NCBI GenBank assembly: GCA_035534715.1
Contig: DATLRJ010000138.1
Coordinates: forward strand, 37,266-101,265
From: Acidimicrobiales bacterium
GTDB taxonomy: Bacteria; Actinomycetota; Acidimicrobiia; Acidimicrobiales; Bog-793
Direction: 5' to 3'
DNA: 64,000 nucleotides
In this document: in pieces, positions 32,747 through 41,052 of the stretch
Position numbering within the stretch: the first letter of the stretch is position 1
Layout of the letters: each line of letters starts with the position of its first letter
Made by a program: the position numbers and the translations under genes
The notes under the pieces: generated by a model
Databases searched by the model: none
Seen by the model: only the letters and a program-made list of their open reading frames with translations
What the model was told of the DNA's origin: nothing

Positions 32747-34150
32747 CTGCTCCTCCGGCGCGACCGGCGCGACGAGGCCGTGCCGGGCGAGCTGCGCGAG
32801 CCGCGCGCGGGCCTGGTCGGTCAGATCCGAGCCCGACGCCCCGCGCGGCGAGCCCCACGCGTGCTCGGCGAGCTCACGCGGACCACGCCGCCCGTCGACC
32901 GCGGCGAGCAGCGCCGCGCTCGGGCCGTCGAGCAGCACCGCTCCGACGCCGTCGGCACGGGCGACGCGTGCGGCCGGATCCGCCTCGAGCACGAGCCCCG
33001 GCGCAGGGGCGAGCCGGGTCCGGGGGCCCGGTGCGGCGACGACGCGGACGGCTGCGTGCGAGTCGCGACCGCTGTCGGGTTCGCAGGCCGTGCGCGTGGC
33101 CTCGATCGTCGCCCCGCACACCCCGGTCGCGCCGAGCCCCCGGAGCGACGCCTGATAGGCCGCGTACGCGAGGGCGAAGCTCTCGGCGCCGCCGTGCGCG
33201 GCGACGTTCGCAGCGAGCTCGGCGACGTAGGGCTGGAGTGGGTGGGTCTCCCCGAGCGTGAGACGGATCGCGAGCCCGCTCGACAGCGCCCCGAGCTCGC
33301 GAAGCAGGATCGGGCCCCGGTCGTCGCAGATGAGCTGGCAGCGCGCGACGAGCGTCCCACCGGGTCGCAGGTGCGCCGCGGCGCCCGCGAGGACCCGGCG
33401 GATGACGCCGAGGCCGTCGGGCCCGGCCGCGACGGTGGAGCGCAGCCGGGTGCCGGGGGCGGCCGGCACGTACGGAGGCAGGCTGACGACGAGGTCGAAC
33501 GTCTCTCCGGGAAGCGCGTCGAAGCAGTCGGAGAGCGCGTAGCGCACCGGGTGGGGCGTGTCGTTGAGCAGCGCGTTGAGCGCGGCGAGCTCGAGCGAGC
33601 GCTCCTCGACGTCGGAGAGCAGCACCTCCGACGCGCCGCGCGCCGCGAGGAGCCCCTGGATCCCACAGCCCGCGCCGAGGTCGAGGACGCGAAGGCCGCG
33701 CGCGTCGGGAAGCGACGCGGCGAAGGTGAGGGAGTCCGGGCCGAGGTACGCGCTCGCGCCGAGCCCGTCCGGGTGGTCGCCAGCTGCGCTCGGAGACGAG
33801 TAGCTCGGCGGCCGACCGGTGAGCAGGAGGCCGCCGAGGGCGGGCGCGGCCACCCACCCGGTCGTCGCGAGCCGGTCGCCGGGTCCCCCGTGCACCAGAC
33901 CGCAGGATCGGAGCGCGCGGACGACGCCGCGCAGCGCATCGCCGGCGCGAGCGTCCGCGACCAGGTGCGGCGCGACGGCGCCGAGCGAGAACAGCGCGAG
34001 GGTCGCGCGCTCCTCGTCGGTCAGCCCGACGAGAGCGGCGAGCGTGGCTTCGCCTGCGGCCGACGTCGGCGCGAAGAGCGCGCCTCCGGTGACGAGCGGG
34101 TAGAGGCGCGGGTAGCCGACCGAGCGCAGGAGGCGGGCGAGCGCGCGCAT
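32738..34150 (-). CDS. class I SAM-dependent methyltransferase (PrmC/HemK-like core) with N- and C-terminal extra domains
   Basis: The protein is 470 aa from ATG 34150. The SAM motif is VLDLGAGCGIQGLLAA and motif IV is VVSLPPYVP. The C-terminal ~80 aa (AVLLDGPSAALLAAVDGRRGPRELAE...ARLAQLARHGLV) are PqqD/RRE-like. The 858-aa ORF-track entry is extended at its N-terminus. Confidence 0.75.
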   Translation of the reverse strand: MRALARLLRSVGYPRLYPLVTGGALFAPTSAAGEATLAALVGLTDEERATLALFSLGAVAPHLVADARAGDALRGVVRALRSCGLVHGGPGDRLATTGWVAAPALGGLLLTGRPPSYSSPSAAGDHPDGLGASAYLGPDSLTFAASLPDARGLRVLDLGAGCGIQGLLAARGASEVLLSDVEERSLELAALNALLNDTPHPVRYALSDCFDALPGETFDLVVSLPPYVPAAPGTRLRSTVAAGPDGLGVIRRVLAGAAAHLRPGGTLVARCQLICDDRGPILLRELGALSSGLAIRLTLGETHPLQPYVAELAANVAAHGGAESFALAYAAYQASLRGLGATGVCGATIEATRTACEPDSGRDSHAAVRVVAAPGPRTRLAPAPGLVLEADPAARVARADGVGAVLLDGPSAALLAAVDGRRGPRELAEHAWGSPRGASGSDLTDQARARLAQLARHGLVAPVAPEEQSG

Positions 34151-34239
34151 CGCCCCCGGCGCGTCCGGATGTGGCGCGCGGACGGTTCCGAGCTCGCGTG
34201 CCTCGGTGCTCGGCCCGTCGCGGGCGCCGCCGAGCCCGC

Positions 34240-35418
34240 TCACGGCGCGGGAGTTCCGAGCATCGCCGCGGCGCGCGCGCGGCGCGCGGTGGGGAGCGCG
34301 TCGATCGCACCGAGGACGTCGGGGAGCACTGACGAGCCGGCCGAGTGGACCCGGGAGGTCCTCGTCACCGCCGGCAGTGCGTAGACGAACGCGAGCAGGC
34401 GGGCGACCGCGACGTAGATCTCGGCAGGGATCTGCTGGTCGACCTCGCACACCGCGTAGAGGTAGCGAGCGAGTGGGGGGTCCTCGACGATCGGCACCTC
34501 GGCCTCGGTCGCGCGCGTCCTGATCGCGCGAGCGAGGGCGTCGGATCCCTTCGCGACGACGACCGGGGCCGCGCCCGTCCCGGGTGTGTACTGGAGCGCG
34601 ACCGCGTAGTGGGTCGGGTTCGTCACGACGACGTCGGCGCGCCGGATCGCGGAGGCGATCTGGGACCGGACCATCGCGTACTGACGCTTGCGCAGCTCGT
34701 TCTTCGTGTGCGGGTTTCCCTCGGCGGCCTTCGCCTCCTCCTTCACCTCGTACTTCGTCATCTTGAGGCTCTGGAGGAGCTTGTGGCGCTGGAACGCGTA
34801 CTCCGCGAGGCCGATGAGCACGCTCACGAGCGCGAGGATCCTGACGAACCGGAGGATCGACGAGGCAGTCTCGCCGAGGATGGGCGCGAGGCCGATGGGC
34901 GAGGTCCCGGTCACGGACGTGACGAGGCTGTGGACCGCCGCGTAGCCGGCGAACCCGAGGATCGACAGCTTGAGGGTCTGCTTGACGAGTTGCACGACCA
35001 TCTGGGATCCGACGAGGTGCTTGACGCCGTTCTTCGGGTTCACCCGGTCGAACTTCGGCTTCGCCGCCTTGAGCGAGAACGAGCGACCCGTCTGTGCGAT
35101 GTTCGAGACGACCGCGAGCACGGCGAACAGCCCGCCGACCGGGACCATCACGACGACCACGATCCGCAGGCCCGCGGTGAGCACGGCGAACGCCCCGGCG
35201 GAGGTCGGTGCGCCCATGACGTTGCGGGCCTGAGCGACGAGACCGACGACGCGGGACTCGGTGTTCGAGAAGAGCCACGGGAGCAGGAAGCTGGCGACGA
35301 GCACGCCGACCCATCCGGAGACGTCCGGCGACCGCGCGACCTGGCCGCGGTCGCGAGCCTCCTTCTTGCGCTTCGCGGTGGGCGGCTCGGTCCGAGCGTG
35401 CTTGTCCTCGCTCGCCAC
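34240..35418 (-). CDS. flhB: flagellar export switch protein FlhB
   Basis: The protein is 392 aa from GTG 35418, just after the fliR stop. The N-terminus is EDKHARTEPPTAKRKKEARDRGQVARS. The NPTH autocleavage site is present (VVVTNPTHYAVALQY). Confidence 0.9.
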   Translation of the reverse strand: MASEDKHARTEPPTAKRKKEARDRGQVARSPDVSGWVGVLVASFLLPWLFSNTESRVVGLVAQARNVMGAPTSAGAFAVLTAGLRIVVVVMVPVGGLFAVLAVVSNIAQTGRSFSLKAAKPKFDRVNPKNGVKHLVGSQMVVQLVKQTLKLSILGFAGYAAVHSLVTSVTGTSPIGLAPILGETASSILRFVRILALVSVLIGLAEYAFQRHKLLQSLKMTKYEVKEEAKAAEGNPHTKNELRKRQYAMVRSQIASAIRRADVVVTNPTHYAVALQYTPGTGAAPVVVAKGSDALARAIRTRATEAEVPIVEDPPLARYLYAVCEVDQQIPAEIYVAVARLLAFVYALPAVTRTSRVHSAGSSVLPDVLGAIDALPTARRARAAAMLGTPAP

Positions 35419-35419
35419 G

Positions 35420-36187
35420 TCAGTGCCCGCCGAATAGCGAGGCCGTGTCGCCGAGCGCGCGCGAGACGAACTGTGCGACATAACCCGGCAGGACGGAGAT
35501 CCCGAGGCCGACGAGGACGATCGCAAGCACGATCTGGAGCGGCATCCCGAGGATCCAGACGTTCATCTGGGGCGCGGCCTTCGAGAGGAGCGCGAGGACG
35601 ATCTGTGTCGCGAACAACACGACGAGGATCGGCGCCGCGATCTCGAGCGCGGACGTGAACAACGTCGCGAGGTCGAGCACGACGACCTCGCCGATGCGGC
35701 TCGTCGACGAGAGCGTGAACCCGGCGGTGTCGAACGAGCGCGCGAAACCGTCGACGAGATAGAGGTATCCACCCGACACGAGGAGCAGCGCCATAGCGAC
35801 CTGCTCGAAGAACTGCCCGATCATCGGTGTCTGGTCGAGGCTGAGCGGGTCGATCGACGCGGGCAGGTTCAGCCCGCCCATGAGGTCGACGAAGCTGCCC
35901 GCGGTCGTGATCGTGCTGATGAGCAGGTACACGACGTAGCCGATCGCGGCCCCGGTCATGACCTGGAGCACGAGGTCGCCGACGAAGCTCGGCGCGGTGC
36001 TCGGGATCGCGGACGCCGGGATCCGCGGGCCGACGAGGAGCGCGAGCCCTGATGCGAGGCACGTCGTCGCGATCGCGGGGATCGCGCGTCGGTTCGAGAA
36101 CGGCGGGACCAGCATGAGCCACCCGAGCGCCCGGGCGAGGGCGAGGAGGAACCCGACGAGCCAGCGGTAGTTCAGCGTGAGCGCCAC
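35420..36187 (-). CDS. fliR: flagellar export apparatus protein FliR
   Basis: This is a 255-aa polytopic membrane protein. It sits between fliQ and flhB. Confidence 0.9.
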   Translation of the reverse strand: MALTLNYRWLVGFLLALARALGWLMLVPPFSNRRAIPAIATTCLASGLALLVGPRIPASAIPSTAPSFVGDLVLQVMTGAAIGYVVYLLISTITTAGSFVDLMGGLNLPASIDPLSLDQTPMIGQFFEQVAMALLLVSGGYLYLVDGFARSFDTAGFTLSSTSRIGEVVVLDLATLFTSALEIAAPILVVLFATQIVLALLSKAAPQMNVWILGMPLQIVLAIVLVGLGISVLPGYVAQFVSRALGDTASLFGGH

Positions 36188-36189
36188 GG

Positions 36190-36465
36190 CTAGCCGCCGG
36201 CGAGTAGCTGCGGCAGGCTCGCGAAGAGCGAGTGGACGTACGCGATGAAGACGCCGAGCATCCAGTGGCCGGCGAGCATGACGACCAGGCCGACCGCGAC
36301 GACCTTCGGCACGAAGGTGAGCGTGGCCTCCTGGATCTGCGTGACCGACTGGAACAGCGAGATCACGAGGCCGACGGCCATCGCCGACAGCATGATCGGA
36401 GCGGCGATCTTCGCTCCGGTCATCATCGCGTTCGCCGCGATCTGCAGGACCTGCGCCTCGTTCAT
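36190..36465 (-). CDS. fliQ: flagellar export apparatus protein FliQ
   Basis: The protein is 91 aa from ATG 36465 (ATGA overlap with fliP). It reads MNEAQVLQIAANAMMTGAKIAAPIMLSAMAVGLVISLFQSVTQIQEATLTFVPK. Confidence 0.9.
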   Translation of the reverse strand: MNEAQVLQIAANAMMTGAKIAAPIMLSAMAVGLVISLFQSVTQIQEATLTFVPKVVAVGLVVMLAGHWMLGVFIAYVHSLFASLPQLLAGG

Positions 36466-37166
36466 CTGAAGCTCGACACGAGGGACTGGAGCACGAGGAC
36501 CCACCCGTCGACGAGGACGAAGAGCAGGAGCTTGAACGGGAGCGAGACGAGTGTCGGGGGGAGCATGACGACGCCCATCGACATGAGCGTCGCCGACACG
36601 ACGAGGTCGATGATGAGGAAGGGCACGAAGATGACGAACCCGATGATGAACGCGCTCTTGAGCTGTGTGAGCAGGAAGGCCGGGATGATCGACGCGAGCG
36701 GCGCGTTCATGGGCTTCGCAGGGTTGTAGTGACCGATCTTGTCGGTGACCGCGAGCTCCTGGGCGCCCGTCTGCTTGAGCATCCAGGTCTTCAGCGGGAC
36801 CTCGGCCTCGCGGTAGGCCTGGGTCGCGTTGATCTTCCCGTGCAGGTACGGCTGGAGCGCGTCGTGGTTCATCGCGTTGAGCGTCGGGGTCATGAGGAAC
36901 AGCGAGATGAACAACGCGATGCCGACGAGCACCTGGTTCGGCGGCGTCGTCGAGAGGCCCAGCGCCTGGCGCGTGAGACCGAGCACGATGATGATGCGGA
37001 CGAACCCGGTGCAGAGGATGAGCAGCGACGGCGCGACGGACAGGAAGGTGCCGACGAGGATGACGAGGATGCTCGTCGTCGGCTTCGAGAGCGTGTTGCC
37101 GAGGTTGATCGACACCGACGTCGACGCGAGGTGCGCGGCGTAGGGGTCGAGCATCGTGAGGTGCAC
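36462..37166 (-). CDS. fliP: flagellar export apparatus protein FliP
   Basis: The protein is 234 aa. It carries GFVRIIIVLGLTRQALGLSTTPPNQVLVGIALFISLFLMTP and SAFIIGFVIFVPFLIIDLVVSATLMSMGVVMLPP. Confidence 0.95.
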   Translation of the reverse strand: MHLTMLDPYAAHLASTSVSINLGNTLSKPTTSILVILVGTFLSVAPSLLILCTGFVRIIIVLGLTRQALGLSTTPPNQVLVGIALFISLFLMTPTLNAMNHDALQPYLHGKINATQAYREAEVPLKTWMLKQTGAQELAVTDKIGHYNPAKPMNAPLASIIPAFLLTQLKSAFIIGFVIFVPFLIIDLVVSATLMSMGVVMLPPTLVSLPFKLLLFVLVDGWVLVLQSLVSSFR

Positions 37167-37199
37167 GGGGAAGGTCCGCTTCCTGTCCGGTCGGGGCGC

Positions 37200-37748
37200 T
37201 CAGCGCCGGAGGGTCGCGTTGCGCAGCGAGTCGAGCAGCGAGGCCGGACGCTCCGGCGCGGCGCCGGCGACGCTCATCACGGGGGCGCGGGTCGAGTCGG
37301 GCCGTGTGACCGCGGAGCGCGCCGCGGCGAACATCGCAGCGCTCGCGGCTGCTCCGGTGCCTACCGCGTCCGCGGCGTCCGGCGCTCCGCCGACCGCCGC
37401 GGCGTCGGGTGCGGCAGCCCTTGCCGCGCCGTCGTTCCGCGGGTCGTTGAGGAACGTGATCGTCGATCCCGCGATCCCGACGAGGATCTCCCGCCCGCCC
37501 CATCGCACGGTCGCGATGGAGAGGTCCTTGCCGAGCGACTGGCGGCTCACGACCGCGAGTCCGTCGCCCGAGGCGCGCCGCTTCGACGGCGACGCGCCGC
37601 CGCGCATGCGAGCGAGCCCCTTCCCGAGGCCCCAGATCGACACGACGATCACCGCGAGCGCGATGACCATCTGGAGGAGCGAGTGGCCGACGGACACGTC
37701 GGGGAGCGTCTTCACTACTGCGGATGCGAGCGTCGGTGCCACGGTCAA
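37200..37748 (-). CDS. fliO: FliO/FliZ-like export apparatus assembly protein
   Basis: The protein is 182 aa from a TTG or GTG start abutting the fliN stop. It has a single transmembrane segment (LLQMVIALAVIVVSIWGL) followed by LAVVSRQSLGKDLSIATVRWGGREILVGIAGSTITFL. Confidence 0.65.
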   Translation of the reverse strand: MTVAPTLASAVVKTLPDVSVGHSLLQMVIALAVIVVSIWGLGKGLARMRGGASPSKRRASGDGLAVVSRQSLGKDLSIATVRWGGREILVGIAGSTITFLNDPRNDGAARAAAPDAAAVGGAPDAADAVGTGAAASAAMFAAARSAVTRPDSTRAPVMSVAGAAPERPASLLDSLRNATLRR

Positions 37749-38143
37749 CGTCCTTCCTTCGAGAGATCCGTGCCGATGACCTCGCTCACGCGGACGCCGA
37801 GGTTGGTGTCGTCGATCACGACGATGTCGCCTCGGGCGAACAGCGTCCCGTTCACGAGCACGTCGACCGGGCTGTTGCGCGCGCGGTCGAGCTCGAGCGA
37901 CTGTCCCGGGCGCACGTCGAGGAGCTCGTGCAGGCGGAGTCGAGCCCTGCCGAGCACGACCTCGACCTTCAGCTCGACCTGGCCGAGCGTCTCGATCGGC
38001 ATGCGGCTCGCTCCCTGCTGGCCGTCGTTCGCCGGGTAGCCCCGCCGTCCGCCGTCACCGGGGTTGCCCGCCGGCGGGTCTGCGACGACGTCCGCGTCGA
38101 CCAGCTCGCCGTCGCCGACGAGCGCCACGTTCTCCTCACTCAT
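37745..38143 (-). CDS. fliN: flagellar motor switch protein FliN
   Basis: The protein is 132 aa. Its SpoA domain reads VELKVEVVLGRARLRLHELLDVRPGQSLELDRARNSPVDVLVNGTLFARGDIVVID. Confidence 0.88.
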   Translation of the reverse strand: MSEENVALVGDGELVDADVVADPPAGNPGDGGRRGYPANDGQQGASRMPIETLGQVELKVEVVLGRARLRLHELLDVRPGQSLELDRARNSPVDVLVNGTLFARGDIVVIDDTNLGVRVSEVIGTDLSKEGR

Positions 38144-39125
38144 CTCCGCTCTCCCTCTTGCTCACGACCGTGCAGACCAATTTGTTGCCGTTCTCGACGA
38201 GGATCCCGGTCCCGAAGGGCGTGTCCTGCACGACGAGCTGGAGCTCGTACGGCCCATCGCTCGGCTCCTGTTCGATGTGGATCACGTCGCCGACCCGGAG
38301 GCTGAGCAGCTCGGCGGGCGTCAGGCTGATCGGCGGGTACTCGACCTTCAGCTCCATCGGGACCGAGAGGATCCGCCGACGCGCCTCCTTGCGGTCGACC
38401 ATGCCCTCCATCCCCTCCGAGCTCTGGTGGCGCTCGATGTGCTCGAGCACCGGAAGGAGCACGGTGAGCGGGAGCGAGAGCAGGATCGTCTCGGGGTCGT
38501 GGTCGGCGATCGTGACCGCGAGCTCGACGATGAGGCACATCACGCCCGGTCGACCCACCTGGACGAGCAGGGCGCTCGAGGAGTTCTGGACGAGGCCGAC
38601 GTTCAGCGACACGAGCGTCGCGAACGGGGGCGGCAGCTCGTTCCAGATGACGTCCGTGAGCGTCCCGACGAGCGCGCGCTCGATCTCGGTGAGCTGGGCA
38701 CGATCGGGCTGGTTCGCCCCGTCCCCGCCGAGATGGAAGTCGAGGAGCTCGAGCACGAGCGGCACCGGGATGTGCATGACGACCCGCCCTTCCAGCGGGA
38801 GCAGCACCGCGCTCGACACGAACGTCGGATCGGGTAGCGATGAGGAGTGCTCCTCCCACGTGCGCTGCTCGAGCGAGACGAGCTCGACGTGCGCGGGCTG
38901 TCGGATCGCCGAGGTGAGCGAGCTCCCGATCCGGTGCGCGACGGTCTCGAGGATCGGTTGGAGGCGCCGCAGGCGTGCGCGTTCCACGGTCTCCTGACGG
39001 TGCAGATCGAAGACGCGGATCCGGTTCGACCCGGCGGCGACGACCGTCGAGGGGGCCTCGACCATGTCGACAGCGCTGCGCGCCCCGCTTGCCGCAGGTG
39101 CGTCCTGCTCCACGATGGTGCTCAC
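38136..39125 (-). CDS. fliM: flagellar motor switch protein FliM
   Basis: The protein is 329 aa from GTG 39125 (GTGA overlap with flgE). It carries IRVFDLHRQE...RLRRLQPILETVAHRIGSSLT and a C-terminal SpoA-like region LSLRVGDVIHIE. The 584-aa ORF-track entry is extended at its N-terminus. Confidence 0.85.
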   Translation of the reverse strand: MSTIVEQDAPAASGARSAVDMVEAPSTVVAAGSNRIRVFDLHRQETVERARLRRLQPILETVAHRIGSSLTSAIRQPAHVELVSLEQRTWEEHSSSLPDPTFVSSAVLLPLEGRVVMHIPVPLVLELLDFHLGGDGANQPDRAQLTEIERALVGTLTDVIWNELPPPFATLVSLNVGLVQNSSSALLVQVGRPGVMCLIVELAVTIADHDPETILLSLPLTVLLPVLEHIERHQSSEGMEGMVDRKEARRRILSVPMELKVEYPPISLTPAELLSLRVGDVIHIEQEPSDGPYELQLVVQDTPFGTGILVENGNKLVCTVVSKRESGDE

Positions 39126-40426
39126 GGCACGTTCTCGAGCGCCTGGATCACCTGGCTGCTCGTCGTGAGCGTCTTGGTGTTCGCGGTGTAGGCCTCCTGC
39201 GCGGTGATGAGGTTCGTGAGCTCCGTGCCGAGGTCGACGTTCGACTGCTCGAGCTCTCCGCCGAGCAGCGCGCCGCGACCGCCCGTGCCCGGCGTGCCGA
39301 TGAGCGCCTGGCCCGAGTTCGGGCTCGTCGCGTACAGCCCGCCACCCTGGTCCGAGAGCCCGCCTGCGTTCGCGAAGGAGGCCAGCGCGATCTGGCCGAG
39401 GGCGAGCGTCGCACCGTTCGAGAATGCGCCCGTGATCGTGCCGTCGGAGCCGATCGAGTAGCTCTGCAACGTGCCGGACGCGTAGCCGTCCTGCTGGTTG
39501 ATCTGGATCGTGGACGCGGCGGCGTACTGGGTCACGGCGTTCGCGGTGCCGGGCGCGGGGAAGTTGAACGACCACGTGTCGCCCGTCGGGAAGCTGTAGC
39601 CCGTGGGCATCGTGCCCGCCGGGAGCGAGAACGAGCCGTCCGCGTTCGCGGTCACCCCGGTGATCGACTTCACCCCGCCGGTCGTCGGGTCGAACGTGAT
39701 CGTCGGCGCGGTCGCCCAGAGCTTGCTCGCCGCGCCGCCCGCGGGGTTCGGGACCGTTCCCTGCACCGTCCAGGCGTTGGCCGTGCCCGTGACGCCGGTG
39801 AACGTGAGGGTGACCGGCACGACGTTGCCGAGTGCGTCGTACGCGTTGTAGGTCGTCGTCTCGACCGGCGCGGTGCCGGTCCCGCTCCACGCCGGCAGGT
39901 TGCCGCCGAGGTCGAGCGCCGTGGTCGCGGTTGCGCCGATCGTCTCCCCCTGCGGGATCTTGATCGCCGTGAGCGGCGCGTTGGTGTTCACGGTCCCGCT
40001 CCCACTCGCCTGCCAGCCCATGATGAGCCCACCGGACTGCGTGCTGAGGTTCCCGTTGCCGTCCGTCGTGAGGCTGCCGTCGCGCGTGAACAGCTGCTGT
40101 CCGCCGCTCTGCACGACGAGGTAGCCGCCTCCCTGGATCGCGACGTCGTTCGGGTTGCCGGTCTGCTCGAGCGAGCCCTCCTGGAGGTTCACCTCGTTCG
40201 CGGCGACGCGCACTCCCGAGCCGACCGCCACGGGGTTGATGCCGGCGCCCCCGGCCGTCGGGCCGGACGCGCCCGAGATCTGCTCGGCGAGCAGGTCCTG
40301 GAACTGCACCTGGCTCGACTTGTAGCCGACGGTGTCGGCGTTCGCGATGTTGTTGCCGATGCTGTCGAGGTAGGTCTGGTTCGCCTGGATCCCGGAGACC
40401 GCTGCGAGTACCGATCGTTCCGTCAT
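39122..40426 (-). CDS. flgE: flagellar hook protein FlgE
   Basis: The protein is 434 aa. The N-terminus is SVLAAVSGIQANQTYLDSIGNNIANADTVGYKSS. The C-terminus is GGELEQSNVDLGTELTNLITAQEAYTANTKTLTTSSQVIQALENV. Confidence 0.92.
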   Translation of the reverse strand: MTERSVLAAVSGIQANQTYLDSIGNNIANADTVGYKSSQVQFQDLLAEQISGASGPTAGGAGINPVAVGSGVRVAANEVNLQEGSLEQTGNPNDVAIQGGGYLVVQSGGQQLFTRDGSLTTDGNGNLSTQSGGLIMGWQASGSGTVNTNAPLTAIKIPQGETIGATATTALDLGGNLPAWSGTGTAPVETTTYNAYDALGNVVPVTLTFTGVTGTANAWTVQGTVPNPAGGAASKLWATAPTITFDPTTGGVKSITGVTANADGSFSLPAGTMPTGYSFPTGDTWSFNFPAPGTANAVTQYAAASTIQINQQDGYASGTLQSYSIGSDGTITGAFSNGATLALGQIALASFANAGGLSDQGGGLYATSPNSGQALIGTPGTGGRGALLGGELEQSNVDLGTELTNLITAQEAYTANTKTLTTSSQVIQALENVP

Positions 40427-40505
40427 CTACGTGCTCCTTCGTGTCGTGGTCGTTCGTGGCGCCGTCCCCGGAGGGGGGGCGGGGGGCGATGGGGCGTGCG
40501 GGGCG

Positions 40506-41036
40506 TCAGCTGCTGACGCCCGTGATGTCCGTGAGGGGCACCGACGTGCCGTTCACCTTTAGCGTCGGTGCGCCGGTCGCGCTGAGCGTCACGTCGGTGA
40601 CCGAGCCCGTGATCGTGTTCCCCGCGACCGTCGCGGTGACCGTGCGCCCGATGAGGCCGGTCGCCTCGGTGTCCTGCGAGGTCGTCTGCGCCGCGGTGAT
40701 CGCCGACGTCTGCGTCGTCACGGACTCCATCTGGGCGAGGGCCGAGGTCTGCTGCAGGATCGTCGCCGGGTCGGTCGGACTCGTCGGGTTCTGGTTCTGG
40801 AGCTCCGCGACGAGCAGCTGCAGGAACATCTGCGGGTTCGACAGCTGGCTCGCCATGTTCGACGTCGAGGACTTCGCAGTAGCGGGGGAGCCTGCGGCAC
40901 CGGAGCTTCCTGCGCCCGACGCGCCCGACGCGCCCGACGCGCCGGTTGCGGGGGTCGGCGTTGCGGTGCCGCTCGGAGCCGGCACGGCGAGCGTGTTGAG
41001 CAGCGAGGTGAGCGGGCCGATCGAGGCGATGTCCAT
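40506..41036 (-). CDS. flgD: flagellar hook capping/assembly protein FlgD
   Basis: The protein is 176 aa from ATG 41036, preceded by GGAGGA. It carries QMFLQLLVAELQNQNPTSPTD and a C-terminal beta domain, LIGRTVTATVAGNTITGSVTDV. Confidence 0.85.
   Translation of the reverse strand: MDIASIGPLTSLLNTLAVPAPSGTATPTPATGASGASGASGAGSSGAAGSPATAKSSTSNMASQLSNPQMFLQLLVAELQNQNPTSPTDPATILQQTSALAQMESVTTQTSAITAAQTTSQDTEATGLIGRTVTATVAGNTITGSVTDVTLSATGAPTLKVNGTSVPLTDITGVSS
40912..40943. repeat. 9-bp tandem repeat (gcgcccgac x3.5) inside flgD
   Basis: The sequence gcgcccgac gcgcccgac gcgcccgac gcgcc encodes (GAS)3 in the FlgD linker, GASGASGASGAG. Confidence 0.8.
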
Positions 41037-41052
41037 CGTGGTCCTCCGATGC

